Shown: one piece after another, positions 38,319 through 45,250 of the stretch
Layout: every line of letters starts with the position of its first letter
How positions within the stretch are numbered: the first letter of the stretch is position 1
NCBI GenBank assembly: GCA_038230075.1
Contig: JBBRNV010000005.1
Span: forward strand, 14,071-78,070
Reading direction: 5' to 3'
Source of the DNA: Minisyncoccia bacterium
Lineage (GTDB): Bacteria > Patescibacteriota > Minisyncoccia > Phycocordibacterales > CALRBL01
DNA: 64,000 nucleotides
The notes under the pieces: generated by a model
Seen by the model: only the letters and a program-made list of their open reading frames with translations
Told to the model about the DNA's origin: nothing
Databases searched by the model: none
Position numbers and translations under genes: made by a program

Positions 38319-38603
38319 ATGAACCTTCTCACTTCACTTGGCCTAACTCAAACACAAGGAACACTTTTTCTTTTATTTAGCATTTTGTGGATTCTCCCTT
38401 GGAAAGCTATCGGCCTCTGGAAAGCTTCTCAAAATGGTCACAAATGGTGGTTTGTTTTCATCTTCATCATTAACACGTTCGCTCTTTTAGAGATCTATTA
38501 CATCTTCTTTGGTGCTGAGCGACAAATTGAAAAAGACCTTCTGAAGGAAGAAGTCGAGGAATCAGATCAAAATCGACACTCTCAAGAGGATGACTCTCAA
38601 TAG
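38319..38603 (+). CDS. Small hypothetical membrane protein
   Basis: Two TM helices, acidic C-terminus; no domain. Confidence 0.35.
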   Translation: MNLLTSLGLTQTQGTLFLLFSILWILPWKAIGLWKASQNGHKWWFVFIFIINTFALLEIYYIFFGAERQIEKDLLKEEVEESDQNRHSQEDDSQ

Positions 38604-38643
38604 AAAGTTGTAAAAGTCTATAAATAAGGTTATAAATGACCAC

Positions 38644-38733
38644 GGAGGAGTGGCAGAGTGGTCTATCGCACTTGTCTTGAAAACAAGAGTCCCTTCACGG
38701 GGACCGTGAGTTCGAATCTCACCTCCTCCGCCA
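38644..38733 (+). tRNA. tRNA-Ser (anticodon UGA), CCA encoded; insertion target of the adjacent element
   Basis: GGAGGAG...anticodon loop CTTGAAA...long variable arm GTCCC-TTCA-CGGGGAC...GTGAGTTCGAATCTCAC-CTCCTCC-GCCA. Confidence 0.85.
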
Positions 38734-40230
38734 AGAATCACATTTAGAAAAATCAAGGTTGGAAGCCTCGGCGCAAAGCGCCTCGGCATGGTATTTTTCC
38801 GCAATTTTGAAGGCATTTTTGAAATCGCACGCCAGCGTGCGGTCGGCAATGCGGAAGTTCGAACCAATCTTTTTGAGAAAATCCCGTCCCGCGACGGGAT
38901 TTTCTTGTTGAGCGTATTTTTCGGCTTGGTTGGCCTCTTTTAGAAAGGCAATGGCAAGTTCGAACCGATTATTGCTCTTTCGCTCAAAAGACTGGATTTT
39001 CTCCTGAAAATCTTTTTTAGCGAGAATGAGCTTGTGCTTTTTAGTGGCATATTCCGTTTGCAATAAATTGCCTTCAAGTTGTAAATCGAGCAAACGATCA
39101 AGTTTTGTCTCAACCTGCACAAGCTCATCTCTCGTCTTTTGAGCAAAAGAGCTTTCCGCTTGGGCAATATCTATTTTTTCTTTTTCAAAATATGCGATTG
39201 AAACATTGACCCAAGCGGAAGACAAAGAAACTTTTTTGATTTCCTCTTTTATTTGAGAAGTGATGGCGTCCTCTCTCGCGTATCTTTGCGAGCAAGGATT
39301 TTTCCGTTTGGTACAGCGGAGATAGTTGTGTCCCTTTTGTGTTTCAGTGGTAATGAAGCAACCACATTCTCCGCAACGGAAAAATCCTCTATACACATAA
39401 GGTTTCAACTTTGGCGATTTCGGTTTGCTCTTATTCGCCATCACTTCTTGAACGGAATCAAAAAGTTTCTTTGTGATAATCGGTTCATGCTTTCCGTCAT
39501 ACAATTCGCCGTTATATTCAATCATTCCAAAATAGATTTTATTTTTCAGCATGTACTGATAATTTGAGACGGAAAGCATTTTACCTTTCTTGCCAACCAA
39601 GCCCAAGGAATTGATAATCTTTCGGATTTGAGCGAGGGGGTATTCGCCAGTAGCGTACATTTCAAAAGCCCGCTTGATATACTTTGCCTTTTCTTTATCA
39701 ACAGCGATACAGCGGGCATTCTTGTCGTTCACATAGCCAAGCGGCGCCCAAGCGGGCCATATTCCATTTCTCAATTTCTGGCGAATACCCCTCTTTATAT
39801 TTTCCGAAAGATTATCCACATAGTATTTTGATTGCCCAAAAGCAATGGACAACATAAATTTCCCTTGCGGTGTGCAGTCAAACCAAAAAGTGGGAAATTT
39901 TAGCGTGGTAATTTTGCCAGTATCTACGAGATAGATAATCCGTCCGCCGTCTATAGAATTGCGAGCAAGGCGGTCGGGGTGCCACGCTAAAATTCCTTCC
40001 GCTTCGTTTTTCTCTATGCCCGCCACCATATCATTAAAAATTTCTCGCCCCGGCTCTTTGGCGGTTTTGCTTTCCACAAATTCACGGACGATCTGCAAAT
40101 TTTCTTTTCGCGCGTATTCTTTTAGCTCGAAAATTTGCGCTTCAATACTCAAAACCTGCCTTTCGGGTTCGTCCGTGGATTTGCGGGCATAGAGGAAAAA
40201 CTTTTTGGTTTGTAAATTTATGTTGTCCAT
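38719..40230 (-). CDS. Large serine recombinase (resolvase catalytic domain + recombinase domain + zinc ribbon + coiled coil)
   Basis: YARKSTDEPERQVLSIEAQ (catalytic Ser motif), recombinase-domain motifs, CGECGC...C zinc ribbon; 503 aa; ~44% GC versus ~37% for the host. Confidence 0.9.
   Translation of the reverse strand: MDNINLQTKKFFLYARKSTDEPERQVLSIEAQIFELKEYARKENLQIVREFVESKTAKEPGREIFNDMVAGIEKNEAEGILAWHPDRLARNSIDGGRIIYLVDTGKITTLKFPTFWFDCTPQGKFMLSIAFGQSKYYVDNLSENIKRGIRQKLRNGIWPAWAPLGYVNDKNARCIAVDKEKAKYIKRAFEMYATGEYPLAQIRKIINSLGLVGKKGKMLSVSNYQYMLKNKIYFGMIEYNGELYDGKHEPIITKKLFDSVQEVMANKSKPKSPKLKPYVYRGFFRCGECGCFITTETQKGHNYLRCTKRKNPCSQRYAREDAITSQIKEEIKKVSLSSAWVNVSIAYFEKEKIDIAQAESSFAQKTRDELVQVETKLDRLLDLQLEGNLLQTEYATKKHKLILAKKDFQEKIQSFERKSNNRFELAIAFLKEANQAEKYAQQENPVAGRDFLKKIGSNFRIADRTLACDFKNAFKIAEKYHAEALCAEASNLDFSKCDSWRRR
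38728..38861. repeat. Inverted repeat X, copy 1 (~134 bp; includes the last 6 nt of tRNA-Ser and the last ~45 codons of the recombinase)
   Basis: ccgccaagaatcacatttagaaaaatcaaggttggaagcctcggcgcaaagcgcctcggc...gcggaagttcg is the reverse complement of 40345-40478, with 1 mismatch. Weaker similarity continues ~60 bp further. Confidence 0.85.
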
Positions 40231-40344
40231 ATTGTTTTGAAATTAGTTTTTGGGCAATCAGGGAAAAATACGCTCAACCTTTCGCCGAAAGCGAAAGAAA
40301 AAAGATTGGTTTGCAAAATTCCATTTTGCCAGAACTTCGCTCTG

Positions 40345-40478
40345 CGAACTTCCGCATTGCCGACCGTACGCTGGCGTGCGATTTCAAAAATGCCTTCAAA
40401 ATTGCGGAAAAATACCATGCCGAGGCGCTTTGCGCCGAGGCTTCCAACCTTGATTTTTCTAAATGTGATTCTTGGCGG
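40345..40478. repeat. Inverted repeat X, copy 2 (immediately upstream of the recombinase start, abutting Y copy 1)
   Basis: Reverse complement of 38728-38861. Carries a duplicate of the recombinase C-terminal coding segment (the + ORF 40311..40535 reads FRIADRTLACDFKNAFKIAEKYHAEALCAEASNLDFSKCDSW). Confidence 0.85.
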
Positions 40479-40643
40479 TGTTTCTTGATTGATGTTCGAA
40501 CATTTTTTGAAGAAAATCCGAATTCCGAATTTTAAAATCCAGTTGCTCGGGCGGGCAAAAAGGAAGGGGGTTGGGGGGAAGGAATTTTTGCCCGCCCTCG
40601 CTTTCCAATCCCAATTTTTTTCCGCCGCCGTCGCCGAATTTCG
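40475..40643. repeat. Inverted repeat Y, copy 1 (~167 bp)
   Basis: gcggtgtttcttgattgatgttcgaacattttttgaag...gggcgggcaaaaaggaagggggttgggggg...ccgaatttcg is the reverse complement of 43967-44132, with 2-3 mismatches. Contains the palindrome gttcgaac. Confidence 0.85.
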
Positions 40644-40727
40644 TATTTCGCTTTGCGAAATGCGCCGCCTAGAATTTTGGTTGCCAAATTTCAATGTTTT
40701 TGTTATCATTATATTAAGCTAGTTGAT

Positions 40728-40757
40728 ATACACTCAATATAAGTAGTGTATTATAAT
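40728..40757 (+). promoter_or_regulatory. Candidate operator palindrome (atacact-N10-agtgtat) and -10 box (tataat) upstream of the cargo operon
   Basis: 7-bp inverted repeat at 40728-40751 is immediately followed by tataat at 40752-40757, 22 nt before the ATG at 40780. A plausible binding site for the XRE HTH protein in the operon. Confidence 0.35.
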
Positions 40758-40779
40758 AGTTTATCAAAGTCAAAACAAT

Positions 40780-41094
40780 ATGGCAAATCAATCGGTAAAA
40801 GAAACATTTGAATCACTTTGGGAATGTTGCACTTCTAATAAGAGGGTATGCCCAATGCCAATGAAGTGGAATGATTTATATCAAATGTTAAATGATACCA
40901 AGCAAGTCGGTGCCGGTTATGAGCCGTCAATCCCCTTGATTTTAGGAGCATGGGGAAATACTTCAGACGAAGATAAACTAAATAGATTGAGAATTCATAT
41001 TAAATGGGCTTCAGATCATAATCAGCTTGATGAAATTGGAAAATATTTGAGATCACTTTCAGAAGAAGATTGGGCTCATTACGGAGAAATATAA
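40780..41094 (+). CDS. Hypothetical 104-aa protein, first gene of the cargo operon
   Basis: MANQSVKETFESLWECCTSNKRVCPMPMKWNDLYQ...; no recognisable domain; the next gene starts 4 nt after its stop. Confidence 0.5.
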   Translation: MANQSVKETFESLWECCTSNKRVCPMPMKWNDLYQMLNDTKQVGAGYEPSIPLILGAWGNTSDEDKLNRLRIHIKWASDHNQLDEIGKYLRSLSEEDWAHYGEI

Positions 41095-41098
41095 TTTT

Positions 41099-41299
41099 AT
41101 GGCAAATACAGTAAGCGAAAACATCCGCAAATTACGAATCAAAAAAGGAATATCCCAAGATCGCCTCTCAAAAGAGGCTGATTTGGCGTTAAATACAGTT
41201 GTGAAGATAGAAACAGGCGGAAGCCCGAATCCAACCGTGGATACTTTAGAAAAAATAGCCAAAGCCCTCGGCGTTCCGGTGGCTGAATTATTTAAATAA
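41099..41299 (+). CDS. XRE/Cro-C1-type helix-turn-helix transcriptional regulator (66 aa)
   Basis: NIRKLRIKKGISQDRLSKEADLALNTVVKIETGGSPNPTVDTLEKIAKALGVPVAELF is a canonical HTH_3 domain. Confidence 0.85.
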   Translation: MANTVSENIRKLRIKKGISQDRLSKEADLALNTVVKIETGGSPNPTVDTLEKIAKALGVPVAELFK

Positions 41300-41303
41300 A
41301 AAT

Positions 41304-43934
41304 ATGTTAACACAAAAATACGACGAACTTTTTAATCCGCTATTAGAAGCACTCAATAATCTTGGGGGCTCTTCTTCGATTAAGAAAATAGAAGAGGAGG
41401 TTGCAAATATTCTTAATTTAACAGCAGAGGATAGATATGATAAGCATCGTGGAAATAGAACAAAGCTAGAATATAGATTAGCATGGGCTAGTAATTACTT
41501 AAAAAGATATGGCTTAATTGATAAATCAAAAAGAGGAATATGGTCTCTAACTGAAGACGGAAAGAGAACCAACATTGTTGACAAAGACGAAGTTAATCAA
41601 TTTGTTAAAACATTAGATTTAAAAAAATCTAATGTTCGTTTAACAAAAAAAATAGTTGAGAAAATCAATATAGTTGAATTTCTTCAAAAAATTGATTTGG
41701 AGGCTTTTAAATATGAACCTCATTTTTTAACTAACCCCGGAGTAAGAGTTAAGGATATTCTATCCAGCGTTGAAAAGAGATGGGTATTGCCGAATTTCCA
41801 AAGATATTATGATTGGGACAAGGAGGACGTAAGGGCTTTTTTGGAATCCATTTTTAAGGACTATTTTGTAGGATCGCTGCTTTTGTGGGAAGTAGAGAAA
41901 GAACCAGAGATTGCTTATTTTCCGATACAAGGTGTTAAAAACAAAATTGATAAGCCAGAAATAATTATTCTTGATGGCCAACAAAGGATTACTTCGTTGT
42001 ATTATGCGATTAAAAATCCAACTCTAGAAGAGGATGGTGTTAAATCGTTGTTTTATATAAATTTCAAAAATTATTTTGAAAATTTATCTTCCGACATTGT
42101 TATTACAAGTAGTAGAAAATTAAGCATTAGAGAGTCGGTAGAGTCCTTACTTTTCCCATTTTACGAACTGGAAAATCATGTCGAATGGATGCGAGAATTT
42201 GTTGATTTTTATGAAGAGCAGGATGGAATTGACAAAAGAAAGTTAAAAGAGCTTAGCAGAATAATGGAGGACAGGGTTCGTCATATGTGGGGAAGTTTTC
42301 AAATTCCCGAAATTAAACTTCCGGCCTCAATGAAACTTCATCATGTTGTTGATATATTTGAAAACATAAACACAAGAGGGAAACTTCTTGACGCTTTTGA
42401 TCTTTTAATTGCAGCCTCCATAAAACAGAATATTGATTTAAGAAAATTATGGGATGGTTCACGTCAGAAGTACCCAAACCTTGCTAGATATGCCGAAAAA
42501 ACAAAAAACAAGATTAGGATGTATATTTTGCAATCAATTTCGCTACTCCATAATCCAACTAGTTCATGCAAAAAAAGTGACATATTAGAATTATACGAGC
42601 AAATATACTCAAATAAGGGAAAGGACCCAAAAACTTTTGAAAAGCATTGGGAAGAAATGTCTGATTATGTAAATTTGGCCATAAAGGAGATGGAGGATCT
42701 CAAAGGTGGTTTTGGAATAATTGATGAATCACATGTTCCATTCATGTCGATAATTCCGATACTGGCTGCATTAAAAAGAGAGGTTGATTCGAGAGATAAT
42801 AAGCATAGTTGTAATGAAAAAATCAAACAATGGTATTGGTCAGTGGTATTTAGTGAAGCATATTCATCTGCGGTTGATAGCCAGCTAACATTAGACTTTA
42901 AGGAATTAAAGGAGTGGTTCTCCGATGATACAAAAATTCCAAAAAGCGTGGAAGAGGCAAGAATTCTCATTAAAACTTTGAATTTAAAAAAGGTTAATAC
43001 TTTTTCAAGTGCTGTTTTTCGTGGAGTACTCTCTTTACTAGCCATAAAAGGATCTAAAGATTTGCAAACAGGTGAAATGGTTAATAATAGAAATGACTAT
43101 CATAAAGACCATATATTTCCGAAAAGCAAATCAGAAAAATATGTTACTACAAAAAAGGAGCTAGATTCAATATTAAATATGGCTTGGTTGACAAGTCCCA
43201 CTAACGAAAGCAAGGGCGCAAAAGAACCAAAGAAATACTTTGAAGAGTTTGAGAGTAAATACAACGGAAATAAAGGAGCGTACACAGAAGTTCTTGAATC
43301 ACACTTCATCAACAAAGAGGACTACGACTATCTTCTAGATAATAATTTCGAAGAATTTATAGTCGAAAGAGAAAGTGTTTTAGTGGACGAGATTAAAAGA
43401 TTAATTGGTTGGAATAAACATGATCAAGACAGTGATATCCAAAATAACGATATCGACCAATTAATAAATTCTTACGAAAATGAAAAACTTGAGTTTAAGT
43501 CAACATTTAAAAAAAACATACTAACACAAAAATCTGATGAAATTATTAGATTTTCAGTGCTTAAAACAATAGCTGGTTTTTTGAATGCACGAGGAGGAAC
43601 TTTAATAATTGGTTATGACGAAAAAGGCAAGAAGGTAATTGGATTGGAACAAGATTACGAATTAATGAAGAGGGGTGATCGAGATAGTTTTGAGTTAGAG
43701 TTTTGGAATTACATTGAAGCGAATATTGATAAGGATGTAGTGAAAAATAATATAAATTTGAGATTTGAATTAATTGATGAGAAAGAGCTGGCAGTAATTG
43801 AAATCAAAAGAAGTTCAAAGCCAATTTATATTAAAAAAGCTGACAAAAAAATTCTTTATACTCGTAACAGAAATGAGACTGAGAATTTAGAAGATCCTGA
43901 AGAAATTCATAATTATATAGAAAAACATTTCTAA
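41304..43934 (+). CDS. Four-domain nuclease: Mrr_N winged helix + DUF262 (ParB/GmrS-like NTPase) + DUF1524 (GmrD-like His-Me/HNH nuclease) + C-terminal AlbA_2/Schlafen-like domain; GmrSD/BrxU-like type IV restriction candidate
   Basis: N-terminus YRLAWASNYLKRYGLIDKSKRGIWSLTEDG (Mrr_N). NFQRYYDW...IILDGQQRITSLYYAI (DUF262 DGQQR motif). YHKDHIFPKSK...NMAWLTSPTNESKG (DUF1524 DHIxP motif). C-terminus EKLEFKSTFKKN...SVLKTIAGFLNARGGTLIIGYDEKGKKVIGLEQD (AlbA_2). 876 aa; ~32% GC, AGA/ATA-rich codon usage. Confidence 0.8.
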   Translation: MLTQKYDELFNPLLEALNNLGGSSSIKKIEEEVANILNLTAEDRYDKHRGNRTKLEYRLAWASNYLKRYGLIDKSKRGIWSLTEDGKRTNIVDKDEVNQFVKTLDLKKSNVRLTKKIVEKINIVEFLQKIDLEAFKYEPHFLTNPGVRVKDILSSVEKRWVLPNFQRYYDWDKEDVRAFLESIFKDYFVGSLLLWEVEKEPEIAYFPIQGVKNKIDKPEIIILDGQQRITSLYYAIKNPTLEEDGVKSLFYINFKNYFENLSSDIVITSSRKLSIRESVESLLFPFYELENHVEWMREFVDFYEEQDGIDKRKLKELSRIMEDRVRHMWGSFQIPEIKLPASMKLHHVVDIFENINTRGKLLDAFDLLIAASIKQNIDLRKLWDGSRQKYPNLARYAEKTKNKIRMYILQSISLLHNPTSSCKKSDILELYEQIYSNKGKDPKTFEKHWEEMSDYVNLAIKEMEDLKGGFGIIDESHVPFMSIIPILAALKREVDSRDNKHSCNEKIKQWYWSVVFSEAYSSAVDSQLTLDFKELKEWFSDDTKIPKSVEEARILIKTLNLKKVNTFSSAVFRGVLSLLAIKGSKDLQTGEMVNNRNDYHKDHIFPKSKSEKYVTTKKELDSILNMAWLTSPTNESKGAKEPKKYFEEFESKYNGNKGAYTEVLESHFINKEDYDYLLDNNFEEFIVERESVLVDEIKRLIGWNKHDQDSDIQNNDIDQLINSYENEKLEFKSTFKKNILTQKSDEIIRFSVLKTIAGFLNARGGTLIIGYDEKGKKVIGLEQDYELMKRGDRDSFELEFWNYIEANIDKDVVKNNINLRFELIDEKELAVIEIKRSSKPIYIKKADKKILYTRNRNETENLEDPEEIHNYIEKHF

Positions 43935-43966
43935 ATTATTTTGGCGGCGTGCCAGTTTCACTGGCA

Positions 43967-44132
43967 CGAAATTCGGCGGCGGCGGAAAAAAATTGGAATC
44001 GGAAAGCGAGGGCGGGCAAAAATTCCTTCCCCCCAACCCCCTTCCTTTTTGCCCGCCCGAGCAACTGGATTTTAAAATTCGGAATTCGGATTTTCTTCAA
44101 AAAATGTTCGAACATCAATCAAGAAACACCGC
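43967..44132. repeat. Inverted repeat Y, copy 2 (right boundary of island)
   Basis: Reverse complement of 40475-40643. Ends in ...gaaacaccgc, directly followed by unique flank acataacaat. Confidence 0.85.
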
Positions 44133-44136
44133 ACAT

Positions 44137-44173
44137 AACAATAAAGACCACCTCATTGGTGGTCTTTATTGTT
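44137..44173. repeat. Perfect 16-bp stem hairpin (aacaataaagaccacc-tcatt-ggtggtctttattgtt) flanking the island; no U-tract
   Basis: Exact palindrome immediately outside IR Y'. Could be the pre-insertion tRNA-Ser downstream structure, a terminator of the convergent regulator gene, or part of the attachment site. Confidence 0.6.
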
Positions 44174-44239
44174 ATGCTACATAAGATAGAGAGATTCGGG
44201 TCGAACCTCCTTTCGAAAGGAATCTCACATTTACCACCT

Positions 44240-45085
44240 TCAAGCATTAATCCCCTTCAATACCTCACGAATCATTTTATTATGATCAACTTTCTTTCCT
44301 CCAGCTTTTACATATTCAAACATTTCTCTCATGAAGCCTGTCATATTTTTATTGATAATTTCAATAGCAACATCTTCATGCCAATTAATAATTAATGTGG
44401 TGTCTTTGAAAATCCATATTTCTGAATCGTAGTTAAAACGATCATTGGGAAACACGGTATAGTCTGCCATTCTTCCCTCAAGGGTCTTTGTTGACTCCTT
44501 ATACCTCTGAGGATCAGACGTTATTTCTTTTTCATACGAATCATACGCACCCTCATTCAAAATACCATCAACAACCAAGTGATTATCGATAATTGATTTA
44601 TTGAAACTTCTGAATTGTTCGGGGGTTAGTTTGTGAATTTGATCGAGATACGATCGGTGATGCTGAATCGCCTTAATGCGCTCGTTTTTATTCAACGAAG
44701 CGATGCGTGCAAATGTTGGAATAATCTCTTTGGGTCCAACGTGAATAATAAACTCATTTTCTTTGGCAGTTTTAATACGCGCACCCTTTTTTGTTTCTGT
44801 GGCAATAGTTACTTCATCAATAATATTCTGCAATTCTAGAACAAATTGTTGCTGTGTAAGTGCAATGTATCTATATCGTTTACCAAATTTCACCTGATTC
44901 ACCAACTTCCTTTCTAAAAGCTCTTTCAAGGTGAAAGCGACACTTGTTCGAGGAATCCCCGTCTCTTTTGCGACATGACTAAGACTTTTGGCAGTACTCA
45001 TTGATCGCAACAACTCAATTGAAACATCAGACAAGCCAAGCATTTTTAGTATTTTTTTATCCCACATCATATGGATAGTATACAT
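44240..45085 (-). CDS. TrmB/MarR-like winged-helix transcriptional regulator with C-terminal ligand-binding-like domain
   Basis: N-terminal HTH (LSHVAKETGIPRTSVAFTLKELLERKLV); 281 aa. Uncertain family. Confidence 0.45.
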   Translation of the reverse strand: MYTIHMMWDKKILKMLGLSDVSIELLRSMSTAKSLSHVAKETGIPRTSVAFTLKELLERKLVNQVKFGKRYRYIALTQQQFVLELQNIIDEVTIATETKKGARIKTAKENEFIIHVGPKEIIPTFARIASLNKNERIKAIQHHRSYLDQIHKLTPEQFRSFNKSIIDNHLVVDGILNEGAYDSYEKEITSDPQRYKESTKTLEGRMADYTVFPNDRFNYDSEIWIFKDTTLIINWHEDVAIEIINKNMTGFMREMFEYVKAGGKKVDHNKMIREVLKGINA

Positions 45086-45250
45086 TCGGGCAATATTATT
45101 GTCACTTTTTATATTGTTTTTAAGGCTATATATATTGTTTTCTTATACAAATAGGCTTATTTTATCTATTTACATGATTAAATATATGTTTCTTAATATA
45201 ATTATCCTAGTTAGAGATTAACAGCAAATTATTAAGTAAGAAAATTATAT

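Larger units (their letters stand above)
38734..44132. mobile_element. ~5.4 kb tRNA-Ser-adjacent integrative/invertible island: large serine recombinase module + three-gene defence-like cargo, partitioned by two nested pairs of long inverted repeats
   Basis: Starts exactly at the tRNA-Ser 3' end and ends where repeat Y' ends. Each of the three junctions carries ccgc. Composition and codon usage differ from the host in both modules. Confidence 0.7.

Noticed and set aside
38562-38867. 101-aa minus ORF overlapping tRNA-Ser and repeat X
   Set aside because: Runs through the tRNA gene and the repeat in a different frame from the recombinase; no support as a real gene.
40237-40722. ORFs 40237..40488, 40250..40453, 40311..40535, 40489..40722 and 43936..44118, 43949..44395 that duplicate each other's peptides
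   Set aside because: Their similarity is a by-product of the inverted DNA repeats X/X' and Y/Y'; they are repeat sequence, not independent paralogous genes (40311..40535 is the mirrored recombinase C-terminus).
44137-44173. Calling the 16-bp hairpin a simple intrinsic terminator
   Set aside because: No U-tract on either strand; kept as a structural repeat or possible att-site element instead.
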